44,092 bases of DNA from a virus (lineage: Duplodnaviria; Caudoviricetes): the IMG/VR virus record IMGVR_UViG_3300032130_000003, positions 1-44,092 of that record; one strand, written 5' to 3'. The translations under genes were made by a program, and so were the position numbers. The notes below the pieces were generated by a model. That model was not told the origin of the DNA and ran no database searches. It saw only the letters and a program-made list of their open reading frames with translations. Shown one piece after another: positions 9,229 to 19,900 of the stretch (positions within the stretch are counted from its first letter, which is position 1; the number at the start of each line of letters is the position of its first letter).

Positions 9229-9933
9229 TTACGCTATTGTCCCTGCATCAAATACTCTTGGATCTGGTGTAAACATACTACCAAAGTCAATATCAGTTTG
9301 ATAAATTATCCAATCAACTACACTTGTAATTACATTACTAAGAGTACCAAAGTTAAAACCAGCTGTATTAGGAGCAATTAATCTAATGTCTACTCCGTAT
9401 ACTAATCCAGTTAAGTTTCCTTGGAAAGCACCTGCAAAAGTACTTGCTGTTAATGTGCCACCATTAATAAGATTATTTCCGTTTGCATCTAGGTTTCCTC
9501 CTAATACAGGAGTAGTATCAGTAGATAGTTCAGTAGTTGAATTAATTGTTAAATTATCACCAGCAATACTTGTACCAATACCAGTTCCTCCAAATATATT
9601 TAATGTATCGCCATCAACTAATTGTTTAGATCCGGAATCAGATACAACATTTAATTGTTGTAATCCACCTGTTGCATTAACTGTAATTCCATTTGTTGAA
9701 GATGTTAATGTAATATTAGCACCAGATACTAACTTTTTAAATTGTAAATCGGAACCAGCTTTTTGATAAAAAACTCCTTCACCAACATTACCTAAATTAC
9801 TTGCAGTTGTTGATTCTGGAGAGCGTAGATCTAAATCCTCAAAGTTTTGATTAACTTTAATGAATGCTTCACGTAGGTCATCACCTGTACCGTCGTTTGC
9901 TAGTGTTCCTATGTTGATATCTTGTAGTGCCAT
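9229..9933 (-). CDS. baseplate/fibre protein with T4 gp9/gp10-like N-terminus
   Basis: INIGTLANDGTGDDLREAFIKVNQNF; TPVLGGNLD fibre motif; AATAAATA box at 9952-9959. Confidence 0.75.
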   Translation of the reverse strand: MALQDINIGTLANDGTGDDLREAFIKVNQNFEDLDLRSPESTTASNLGNVGEGVFYQKAGSDLQFKKLVSGANITLTSSTNGITVNATGGLQQLNVVSDSGSKQLVDGDTLNIFGGTGIGTSIAGDNLTINSTTELSTDTTPVLGGNLDANGNNLINGGTLTASTFAGAFQGNLTGLVYGVDIRLIAPNTAGFNFGTLSNVITSVVDWIIYQTDIDFGSMFTPDPRVFDAGTIA

Positions 9934-9946
9934 TTTATCTCTCTTC

Positions 9947-11557
9947 TTATGTATTTATTCCAGGAGTACTGCTTCCACTACTACCTTTGAATCCCCAAGG
10001 ATTAGGACTACTATATGGCCAATGTAGTATTTTATTTGGCGCACCATAGCGTCTTGGAATGGCGTTGAAAGCATTAAAATCTTCATCTGTTCCACTATCA
10101 TAGCAATTAGCTGTAGAGTGTATTGCTAGAAAATCTTTAAATTGTTGTGCTGTTCCGCCTGGATTTGCTTGTAACCATAATGCACCTATTCCACAAATTT
10201 GTGGAGATGCCATTGATGTGCCACCTATTCGTGCAATATAGTGAGAAGCACTTCCAGGGTAAAGTTGTTTTGAACCATATGTACTTACTTGACTTGTAGC
10301 ACTTGTAATATCATCACCAGCCGCTATTATATCAATACGTGGTCCTCTTTCACTATCATTTCTTATCATTTCTTCAGTACCAAATAGACCCTGATCTAAG
10401 TTTGCTACAACAATTGTGTCATCACTTATTGGAGAACCAGCCTGGTTATAATAAATTGGCGTCACCCCATATAAGCTATTTGTATAGTAACTATCATAAA
10501 TGTCACTATTGTATGGAGCATTAGGGCCTGAAATAGGATGATATCCATTACCCGCGGCATTAACACAAATTACTCCTGAATCTGTTAATTGTTCTTGTTC
10601 AGTGTTTACTGAAGAATATGATATTGGATGTTTATTGTTAGGACATCCGTATTGTGTAAAAGTACCAGACGTCCAGTTTTGAGTAACAATACCTTGATCT
10701 ACTCCTTTGTAAAAAATAGATGTTACTTGCCCAAACCCACCGCCAAGTGGATAGTAATAACCATAGCCCCAACTTTGATTTACAATTGTCGGACGTTTAA
10801 ATCCTGTAACAGGATCAATAGGTTTTTGTTCGTGAAAAAGTCTAATAACATCAAATGGTTCAGAAACCTCTTCAGCACCGCCAAATACTCTTACTGAATA
10901 AATTTTTGAATTCTTGGCCCAACCATAAGTTTTACCTGCGGCAATACCACAACAATGACTTCCGTGTTCTCCTGCTGGTTGACTATCGCCGGTAATATTT
11001 GTATAATGATTTGTTCCCATTGTCCCTGGAATAATTGTATTCCAATCTAGTTGTATAAATCTTGTAGTGCCATTTGCATCTTCCCATTCAGGATGTCCTG
11101 TAGGATCAACACCGTCATCTTGTATAACAACGTCAACACCTGTACCATCTAATGCATAAGTATAATTTCCTGTGTACCCATTAGTTGCCGCCGCCAAATC
11201 ATATTCTTTAAGAATGTGTCTTTTTAATCCCCAATTAACGGCATCTTGATCATTTACACCTGACCGATCAAATTGACCAATTTGTGTTTGGTATAATTCT
11301 TTATTCGCTGGATCTGGTTTTCCTTCTACTATATGTATTCTTGGATCTTTTGATAACTCTGCCGCTTCGGCATCAGTTAACATATAATGAGTCATTCTAT
11401 TATTATGTTTTTTAGCATAAGCTACATCAACAGTTCTACCTGGCACGTTTGCACTAACAGAAGCATCACTAGAAGTATCTCTTCCTAGTTCTTGTTCTAT
11501 TTCTGCAACATCGATACCTTTTTTAGTAACAACTATATATTCTTTTTCACCAGCCAT
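9947..11557 (-). CDS. S8 subtilase-family serine protease
   Basis: VDVVIQDDG (Asp), HGSHCCGIAAG (His), AAGN (oxyanion Asn), GTSMASP (Ser); N-terminal prodomain-like region. Confidence 0.9.
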   Translation of the reverse strand: MAGEKEYIVVTKKGIDVAEIEQELGRDTSSDASVSANVPGRTVDVAYAKKHNNRMTHYMLTDAEAAELSKDPRIHIVEGKPDPANKELYQTQIGQFDRSGVNDQDAVNWGLKRHILKEYDLAAATNGYTGNYTYALDGTGVDVVIQDDGVDPTGHPEWEDANGTTRFIQLDWNTIIPGTMGTNHYTNITGDSQPAGEHGSHCCGIAAGKTYGWAKNSKIYSVRVFGGAEEVSEPFDVIRLFHEQKPIDPVTGFKRPTIVNQSWGYGYYYPLGGGFGQVTSIFYKGVDQGIVTQNWTSGTFTQYGCPNNKHPISYSSVNTEQEQLTDSGVICVNAAGNGYHPISGPNAPYNSDIYDSYYTNSLYGVTPIYYNQAGSPISDDTIVVANLDQGLFGTEEMIRNDSERGPRIDIIAAGDDITSATSQVSTYGSKQLYPGSASHYIARIGGTSMASPQICGIGALWLQANPGGTAQQFKDFLAIHSTANCYDSGTDEDFNAFNAIPRRYGAPNKILHWPYSSPNPWGFKGSSGSSTPGINT

Positions 11558-13071
11558 TAAAGTATCCCTACGTTTGTTGTTAATGCTCTATTAACTACAT
11601 ATGGCAAATAAGCTATTCTATTAGAACCATTCATTAAACTTCTATCATTTGAGAAAAAAGTAGATGGTGTACCTTCATCTGTTGAACCTTGATGCATTAA
11701 ATCTTTAATTGCATTGTCTTGCCACCATTTGCGTAATTGTGCAGGTGTCCATCCTGGATTTAATTGTAATAATAAACAACTCATTCCTGATACTTGTGGA
11801 GTAGCCATTGATGTTCCACTAAGATTTAATATTGCAGTATCATCAGTATTTGTAGCACTAATAATATCTGTACCAGCCGCCCATACGTCAACTCTAGGAC
11901 CTTTATCACTAGATGAAGCTGTAGCTTCAACATTATTATATAATTCACTATCAATATTTCCGCAAACAATTGTTTCAGGACCTATATTACCTGCTCCTCT
12001 ATTATAGTATATAGGATTACCTGCGGTAATATTACCTACGTTAATACCGCAAGTAATATGATTGTCAAAGTCTATATCTCCATCGTAGCAAAGTTTTTGA
12101 TATTGATTTCCTGCACTTTTTATATAGTGTACACCTTCGTCTTGCATTTCTTCAACTTCAACATTAAGTTGATAAAGATTTGCATTAAATTTGTTAAATG
12201 CATCACCGATCATTCCAAAGTTAGCACTCTTAACACTTCCTACACTAGCACCTCTAAATTGAATGTCTGTTATATTAGTAAAATATGCTTTATATCCCCA
12301 ACTTGCTCCTACTACTGTTGGTCTTTTAACTCCTGTAACAGGGTCAACAGCTTTAGCTTTATGAAATTCTTTAATTGCATCGAACCAGTATGAAGAACTT
12401 ATAGCCATATCTAAACAATAAATGTTTGCATTCTTGGCCCAACCATAATCTTTTCCTACGGCTGTCCCTGCACAATGAGTTGCATGGTAACTTGTTCCTG
12501 CGGTGTTAGTATAATCTTGAAAAGGTATAAGACTACAGTTAGGAAGTTCGTTCCATTGAAAAGGTACTAAACGACTAACGCCGTTTTTATCTTGCCATTG
12601 TTCGTGTGTATATCTAAATTTACTTTCTTGATGAACATAATCAACACCAGTACCGTCTAAATGATAATCATAAGTTGTTCCAGCAGGAAGATCTGACGTA
12701 ACATTAAGTCCCCAAGCATTATCTGTATTACCGTGTCTTAAGAGTCCCCAGTTACCTCTTGTTGTTGAAGTAGAATCTCTAGTCCAATCTTCAGTTTGTT
12801 CGTAATCCATCCAGTCGTCGTTCCATACAAGTGGTGTATTAACATCACCTACTCTAGGATCGTTTTTAAGTTTTTCTGCTTCTTCGTCTGTAAGGGCTAT
12901 TTCAAAGATACGTTTACTAGAAGGTCTAGTGTTTACGTTTTGTACTTCTCTATCTGGAATTATATTACTGTCGACGGTAAAGTCTGTAGTCGTGTCTCTG
13001 TTTAGATCGTCAATGACTTCATTTTTGTTAAAGCCTTTATGTAAAGAAACAACATAATGTTTTTCACTCAT
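11557..13071 (-). CDS. S8 subtilase-family protease, paralog with Glu at the catalytic Asp position
   Basis: VDYVHQESK, HATHCAGTAVG, SAGN, GTSMATP; GGAG SD; stop overlaps the next start. Confidence 0.85.
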   Translation of the reverse strand: MSEKHYVVSLHKGFNKNEVIDDLNRDTTTDFTVDSNIIPDREVQNVNTRPSSKRIFEIALTDEEAEKLKNDPRVGDVNTPLVWNDDWMDYEQTEDWTRDSTSTTRGNWGLLRHGNTDNAWGLNVTSDLPAGTTYDYHLDGTGVDYVHQESKFRYTHEQWQDKNGVSRLVPFQWNELPNCSLIPFQDYTNTAGTSYHATHCAGTAVGKDYGWAKNANIYCLDMAISSSYWFDAIKEFHKAKAVDPVTGVKRPTVVGASWGYKAYFTNITDIQFRGASVGSVKSANFGMIGDAFNKFNANLYQLNVEVEEMQDEGVHYIKSAGNQYQKLCYDGDIDFDNHITCGINVGNITAGNPIYYNRGAGNIGPETIVCGNIDSELYNNVEATASSSDKGPRVDVWAAGTDIISATNTDDTAILNLSGTSMATPQVSGMSCLLLQLNPGWTPAQLRKWWQDNAIKDLMHQGSTDEGTPSTFFSNDRSLMNGSNRIAYLPYVVNRALTTNVGIL

Positions 13072-13080
13072 AGCTTCTCC

Positions 13081-15939
13081 TTATGCAATAGTAATATTAC
13101 CAACCATTGCACTATGGCTAGTACATTGGTAAACTAATGACGACGGAGCATCCATTGGAACTGTAAGTAATTGTGTTCCATCTTTATCACCCGACACACC
13201 ATCTGTGTAAGCCGCGCCACCGGCACTTACTCTAATTTCTAATGGATGTGTAGCCCCTCCTCCATTAATAATAGTGTACGAGAATCCTTTATAAAATGTA
13301 AGACCTGGATTGTCTGTAGTACTAACTGTACCAGGTCCAGTCCATCTATATGCTGTTGATCCATTATTAATAACACTAAAAGAAAGTCCAGGTAATTGGG
13401 CAAGCCATTTACCGTCACTATCACGATATCTTAATACATATCCGTCAGTACCACTAAAGTCTATATCAGAGCCTTCAGCAATTCTTAATAAACCGGTACT
13501 GCTAATTCGTAAACGTTCAGTAGTACCTGCGGCAATTATAACAGTATCGCTTTCTGACCCAGTACCAGCAAAACTACCAATAATAGTATTATTACTATTA
13601 CTACTTGTATTTGTACCAGCTTGAAATCCTATGAAAGTATTTGAATCACCGCTAGTAATTGAATTACCAGCTTCGTGTCCCACCATAGTATTTTTTTCAG
13701 CACTACTTAAAGTACCAGTTGTTGCATCACCAATTTTTATACTATTTGTAAAGTTTGCCGCGTCACTAACAACATCTGTTAAGTCGTTTAATTCTGATGA
13801 AGCCGCTCCAGTAATTGTAATATTGCCTTCTGCATCACTGGCAGTTGTAATATTAGTTCCACCAATAAATTTAATTGATTCATCTTTACTAATTGTTCTT
13901 AAAGTTGAGTCATCTGCCCCAACACTAAATTTAAAGCTATCTGCTGTTGGTAACCAATCTGTACCATCATGGAATACTAATTGTTTTGCTGAACGGTTAT
14001 AAATTACATCACCAGCTGATCCAGTAAGAACTGCTATTCCGTCATTATCAAAATTTCCTAAACGTAAAGGTGCTTGTGATATTACTACGGCACTTGCCGC
14101 ATCTAAAATTAAATTACTTGCAGAAGATATAGTTGGTATACCTGCACCTGAACTTACAACTTCATCAGCTGTAATTTTAGTAGCAACTATATTAATACCT
14201 GATAAGGTATCGGTTGTTTTGTTATATGTTAATCCTGCATCGCCACCAAATGCACTTGCATCATTAAATTGTACTTGTGTATCAGCACCACCTGGTGTTC
14301 CACCACCGCCACCACCTGCGGCAATGAATGTAATTTCATCACCACTTGTAGTAATTGTCATATTAGTACCAGCAACAAACGTTAATGTATCAGTTGGTGC
14401 ATCTGCTACAACACTTGTTTGTCCTGAAACTTCTATTGTTTTAAATGCATCTTGATTTACATCACCTGGAGTTATTGTTGCCCAACTTAAAGTTGTATTC
14501 CCGTCAGTACTTAATACTTGATTTATAGTTCCATCACCGTCTGGCCAAATAAATGTTTTATTTGTTGTTACAGCCGCTGGGGATCTAAATCCCATAAAGT
14601 TTGTATTATTACCATCATAGTATCTAACTTCTTTAGCACTTGCTACTTTAATATTTCCAGCAAATTGTACTTCATTTACGCCGTTTGCAATATTTCCTGA
14701 TATATTTAAATTAGTACCATTAAAATTAGTTGCGTTAACTGAATCTGCACTTAAAACATTTGTACTTGGATTATAAGTTACTGAAGCATCTGTTCTTAGT
14801 GCTTGATTATTACCGTTACTTAAAGCAACAAAAGTTAGAAATTGTGTTACGTTAGTTCCATCTGGAGCCGAAGTAACAGTTGCCGCATTAACATTGTTTA
14901 ATACTCGTGGTTCCCATTTTGATGTTGCACCTTTAAAACTTAAAACATAGTCGTCAACTGGAGTTGTAGTAGCTGTATCAACATCTCCTAAATCTCCTAA
15001 ATCGTTTATGCTACTTGCAACTGATCCTGGTCCCCAAGTACCTCCACCTGCATCAAATATTAGTGCTTGTCCAGTAGTTGCTCCTGCTACACCAACATCT
15101 ACTAGGTCACCTAAGTTACCAATTGAAAATGTTATGTTACCTTCTGCATCACTGGCAGTCGAAACTCCAGTACCACCAGCAAACTTGATTGACTCTCCAG
15201 TACTAATTGTTCTTATTGTTGAGTCGTCAGCGGCAACTTGTAGTGCTGTTAAGCCATCGCCTTCTTTTACTAACGGAAACCAACCATCATGATGTGCAAA
15301 ATAGGCTTTACCTGTTGCATGGACATGAGCAAACATTCCATGATATATTGATGGACTTACAGCAAATAATTCTTCTTCTGTATCAAATTTATTAGCAAAA
15401 TAAACTTTACCTGTTGTATTAATATCGTGTGTTGATACGTTACCTCTTGATAAAACTGTATCAAGTGTATCAGATTCAGTAACTACATTTGTAAATTTAA
15501 ATGTTAGTGTTGAATGATCATAGTAAATAACTTTACCATCGTCTGCTGATGTAACTGTTGCTACATTAGATAACTGTGATAATTTTGCCGCTTGTATACG
15601 TGCATCAGCTAAAGCATCTGAGAAGTACTTATTAACAACACCGTCTCCCTGATCAGTAACAGCATCTGTTGTAATTCCTGCTGACAAATATCCAACATCA
15701 TTTGCAAAAGCACTTAAGGCACCTGGAACTTCAGGAATAACAGGTTTATTTGTTAGATCGTTATAGTCACCACTAAATGGATTATTAAACGAGACATTAT
15801 TAATTCTAATGTCTGTTGCGTTAATAGTTCCAGCATTAGTGACACCAGCTCCGCCTAAATCAAGACTATCACCTACTGGTAATTCCTTAATTTTATTGTC
15901 GTCGATAATATCAACTATTAGTGGTATTCTATTTGCCAT
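13081..15939 (-). CDS. tail fibre protein with C-terminal cupredoxin-like domain
   Basis: FSGDYNDLTNKP, LxDLxDV repeats, PGGADTQVQFND, NTxxG head repeats; ends HP...YQCTSHSAMVGNITIA; AATAAATA box at 15961-15968. Confidence 0.8.
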   Translation of the reverse strand: MANRIPLIVDIIDDNKIKELPVGDSLDLGGAGVTNAGTINATDIRINNVSFNNPFSGDYNDLTNKPVIPEVPGALSAFANDVGYLSAGITTDAVTDQGDGVVNKYFSDALADARIQAAKLSQLSNVATVTSADDGKVIYYDHSTLTFKFTNVVTESDTLDTVLSRGNVSTHDINTTGKVYFANKFDTEEELFAVSPSIYHGMFAHVHATGKAYFAHHDGWFPLVKEGDGLTALQVAADDSTIRTISTGESIKFAGGTGVSTASDAEGNITFSIGNLGDLVDVGVAGATTGQALIFDAGGGTWGPGSVASSINDLGDLGDVDTATTTPVDDYVLSFKGATSKWEPRVLNNVNAATVTSAPDGTNVTQFLTFVALSNGNNQALRTDASVTYNPSTNVLSADSVNATNFNGTNLNISGNIANGVNEVQFAGNIKVASAKEVRYYDGNNTNFMGFRSPAAVTTNKTFIWPDGDGTINQVLSTDGNTTLSWATITPGDVNQDAFKTIEVSGQTSVVADAPTDTLTFVAGTNMTITTSGDEITFIAAGGGGGGTPGGADTQVQFNDASAFGGDAGLTYNKTTDTLSGINIVATKITADEVVSSGAGIPTISSASNLILDAASAVVISQAPLRLGNFDNDGIAVLTGSAGDVIYNRSAKQLVFHDGTDWLPTADSFKFSVGADDSTLRTISKDESIKFIGGTNITTASDAEGNITITGAASSELNDLTDVVSDAANFTNSIKIGDATTGTLSSAEKNTMVGHEAGNSITSGDSNTFIGFQAGTNTSSNSNNTIIGSFAGTGSESDTVIIAAGTTERLRISSTGLLRIAEGSDIDFSGTDGYVLRYRDSDGKWLAQLPGLSFSVINNGSTAYRWTGPGTVSTTDNPGLTFYKGFSYTIINGGGATHPLEIRVSAGGAAYTDGVSGDKDGTQLLTVPMDAPSSLVYQCTSHSAMVGNITIA

Positions 15940-15966
15940 TGTTGTTTCCTATTTTATACATATTTA

Positions 15967-16956
15967 TTATACCTTAATCCAACCGTTATCTGCACCAGTT
16001 CCGGTATACACGTATTCATGTTTTGCTCCAGCGGCAATATCAGCCCAGCTTGTATTTTCTGGGGTACCACCGTTATAAGTTTGAGTACCTAAACTACTTA
16101 CACTATCAGGATGACTGAATATAGTAATTACATCTCCAACTGTTGCTCCTGATGGTAAACGGAAATCATCTCCACCTACTGTAACTTCGATTAAATATTT
16201 TGTGTTTACTACACCGTCTTGTGCGGCTGAAAAATCTAAGTATGTGTAATTAGATGATGCTGAAACTGTAAGGTCACCACTTCCTAATATAGTGGCTCCG
16301 TTAATTGTTTTAATATTTGTAGCACTAACTAATAATGCCTGTGCATCAGTAATTCCATAACCTGATACCGTAGTTGGCGTACTTGTAATACTTGCAAAAC
16401 TAAATGTTGTGTCACCTGCAAGTGCAGTTGTAGCCGATGTTCCTAAAGCCAATGCATCAGTAATTCCATATCCTGAAACTGTTGTTGGTGCACCGCTTAA
16501 AACTGAATATGGAATAGTGCTATTAGCAGTATCAACTAGTAATGTTGAATCATCACCAACTATTGGATTGTTTGATTTAAGTCCACCACTAAATTGAAAG
16601 TTACCAGTATTGTCTACACTCATTGTAGAACTACCTAAATGAATAGTAGTGCCACTTAGATATAAATCTTTAAATCTTTTTGTATCAGAGCCAATGTCAT
16701 AAGCAATATTAGTATCAGGAATAATATTTCCTTTTACAGTTCCGTCTAAATTAATTTTACTAGAAACTGCATCTATCATTACTGTTGAGTCGTCTGCAAA
16801 TACAGAACCTTGAATGTCAGCCTTTTGAGCTAGTGTACCATCGTGTAATGCAAATAATTCTGTGAAGTTAGCATTAACTTTAGTAAAGGCTGTACGGATA
16901 GGATCTCCGTCACCCTTATTTGCACTTGTTCCAATGTTAATGTTTTGTTGTGCCAT
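15967..16956 (-). CDS. short fibre protein with gp9/gp10-like N-terminus
   Basis: INIGTSANKGDGDPIRTAFTKVNANFTEL; IIPDTNIAYDIGS; PTTVSGYGITDA twice. Confidence 0.75.
   Translation of the reverse strand: MAQQNINIGTSANKGDGDPIRTAFTKVNANFTELFALHDGTLAQKADIQGSVFADDSTVMIDAVSSKINLDGTVKGNIIPDTNIAYDIGSDTKRFKDLYLSGTTIHLGSSTMSVDNTGNFQFSGGLKSNNPIVGDDSTLLVDTANSTIPYSVLSGAPTTVSGYGITDALALGTSATTALAGDTTFSFASITSTPTTVSGYGITDAQALLVSATNIKTINGATILGSGDLTVSASSNYTYLDFSAAQDGVVNTKYLIEVTVGGDDFRLPSGATVGDVITIFSHPDSVSSLGTQTYNGGTPENTSWADIAAGAKHEYVYTGTGADNGWIKV
16342..16470. repeat. in-frame direct repeat (PTTVSGYGITDA x2, 111-nt period)
   Basis: Exact 18-mer tgcatcagtaattccata at 16342 and 16453. Confidence 0.85.
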
Positions 16957-16957
16957 C

Positions 16958-19900
16958 TTACACTCGTCCTACTACTATTTCGATAATACCTTCATCACCG
17001 CTATTTTTATCTTCTAATGCTTTACCTATTACTGTTCCTATTTCTGGATTAGTACTTGCACTTGCAAATCCTTCTGTTGAACTAGTTACAAGCATTTGTC
17101 CTTTTCTAACCATACCAACAACTTTAACTTTTATTCTACCTTGTAATGCTATTGGTGTTACATTAGTTCCTTCTTGATTTGAATTCATTAAGTATGCAGG
17201 ATTTTCTGAAACTATTCCAGCAACTCTATTATCACCACGAACTTTTGTAACACTTACTTCTTCGTCGCCACCAAAGATTACAACTGTACCTGGTTCGTAT
17301 ACTGCATCTGCTGTATAATTTTCTGCCAAGTCAGCGTATTTTGCCTGTGTAGCTGTACCACTAAATGTTGTTGCGTAAATTGTATTATATTTTTTAGTTG
17401 CTGAACCAATAATATATGTGTCATCAAGTTCAGGTATAAATCCTGTTGCTGTTGCTTTAAGTACAGTTGCGCCATCGGCTATAATTGCAACCTGTCCTGC
17501 GGCAGTAAATCCTGTGTTTGCACCTATACTAATACCTGTACTATTTGCATCAAGTTCGCCTGGTGCTTCAATAAATGAACTGTGTATCCAGTCAACACCT
17601 AATCTTGATTCTCCAGCAAGTGCTGAGTTAAGTTGGAAGCTACCTTCTGTTACACCTGTAGCACCAATATTAAGACTTCCTACCATGCTAACAGTTGGAG
17701 TACTTGCTCCTACTGAACTCATGAATATTGCACCACCTGGTGTGCTTAAATTAACAGTAGTACCTGTAGTATCTACAATTAGGTATGTATCAACCTTAAG
17801 TCCTTGACAAGCTACGTTACCTGATGCATCAGTTTGAACAATGTGTAAAGCTTCACCAGTTGTAGTAACATCTCCTATTACTCCGCCACCACCTAAAACA
17901 ATGTCTGAGTAAGCAACTTCTTTAATAGGACCAGCTGGTCCTGTTCCTGGCGTTGCACCATATGGTTCGTAAGTAGCATCATGATAACCTAATGCTACCT
18001 TGTCAGCAAGATTAATTATTTTATTAAAATTAAGACCAGCAGTGGTTAGTTCTACCCAACCGTCAGTTGCTGTAAAGCTATCACTATCAAAACTAGCAAC
18101 ACCTAAATCTGCTTGTGTAATTCCTGTAGCATCTACTCGTGTAGTTGCCGCATTTAAGTCTAATTTACTTTGTGCTATATCGGCATCGGATTTAACATCT
18201 GCATTTACAATTCTATCAGCAACTAATCTAAAGTCTATAGTTGCACCAGTTAGTGTTCTTTCAACATTAACTGTAACATCAGTAGCCGCATCTTCTACTG
18301 CAAGTGCATACTCATCATATGGACCTTGTTTTACTTGAGCAGTAACACCGCCACCTGTATCGGCAACATCAGCTATACTGAAGTTTGGTGTTGAAGTTTT
18401 AGTATATGTTAGTAAATTATGTGCTATACCATTAATTGAAACGTTTTCAACATCAAGTACCGTACCAGTTGCACTAGTACCACTACCAGTAATAGTATCA
18501 TTAACTTGGAAGTTACCACCAGCCGCCGGTGCTGTATAAATTCTATATTTTCCTGTTGTTACAAGTAATTGGTTCGCGGCAATTGTATTAGTTTCAACAT
18601 CAAGTAATTCTGGAATTGTATCACCTGCCGCAATTAAGCCGTCAACATAACTCTTAGTTGCCGCATCTTGATTATCGGATGGATCTCTTAAGTTAGTAAC
18701 TGTAAATGTTCCACCTGCATTTTGATCGCCAGTAAATGCTAATATACCACTTCTAGCTAATACACCAGGACCTATTTGAGTCCCTATGCCAACACCAGCA
18801 TGATTAAATCCTAAACGTCTGTTTACATAACCTCTTACTGCTGATTCAGTTGGTACTGAGTCACTAGCATTATCAGTCATGCCGTCGTCTGCACTAAATT
18901 CACTAGCTACAACGCCACGTTTAAATCCTAAGCCATCTAAGTTACTTAAAGCAATACTTGCCGAGAACGTAACTGTTCCTGTACCTTGATCAACTGTAAA
19001 GAATCTACCTACTCTAAAGAAACCGTCTTGGTCTGTACTTACATAGAATACTCTACCTTTATCTCGTTCGTCAACTTCTTTTTCTTGATCTGCAGATTGT
19101 GCCGGAGCACCTAATGTTACATTCGGGAAGTTTGTAGTATTAAATCCACCTGTACCAATGTCTAAGAAATCGTGTCCTGTTGCTCTACAAGTAGAAATAT
19201 TAATAGTAATATGTCCACCTTCAGTTTTTTGTAGTCCACATCTAAGAGTAACAATTGTTACTGCATTTATAACTGTACTAACAAGTCCAGCTGATGTTAA
19301 TGGTAAGTTAAGATCTGAGTCTTGAAGATCTGATATTTGAATAGTAGCATATCCAGTTCTTTCAATGTAACTGTTAATAATATGAGTTTTACCATCCCAA
19401 GCAAAAATCATATCTCCTGCATTTATTCTATCTATTTGTTTCTGACTAGTAACTATACCAACAGCTATAACAACGTCACCAGCTGTGCCACCCATTGTAG
19501 TACCAGCGCCAGCAAATGTAGTAAGTGCCGCATTTCCGTTATCAACAATTAATTTAATATATTGGTATGTACTATCAAATGTAACAATTCTATCAACGGC
19601 AGGTAATGCCCCACCAATACTATCTGTTACACCATAGTTAATTGTTCTATATGTTGTATCAACATCTTCGTCAAATGTAATTGCTGTACTTGGTCTAGTA
19701 ATAGTTGTGTCAACACCACTAACTCTAAAGTTTAAGTTATTTCTAATAATAACTTTCTGGTCATGTGCTAGTGTGTCAAGCAATCCTGATTTTGTAGTAT
19801 TGTCTTGTCCTGTTGTAGCAAGATTTAATTGATAAACAGCTTCATCTCTAACTGAATTTTTAAATGTAAAGTCAGTTATACTTGCTGTAGCACTTGTACC

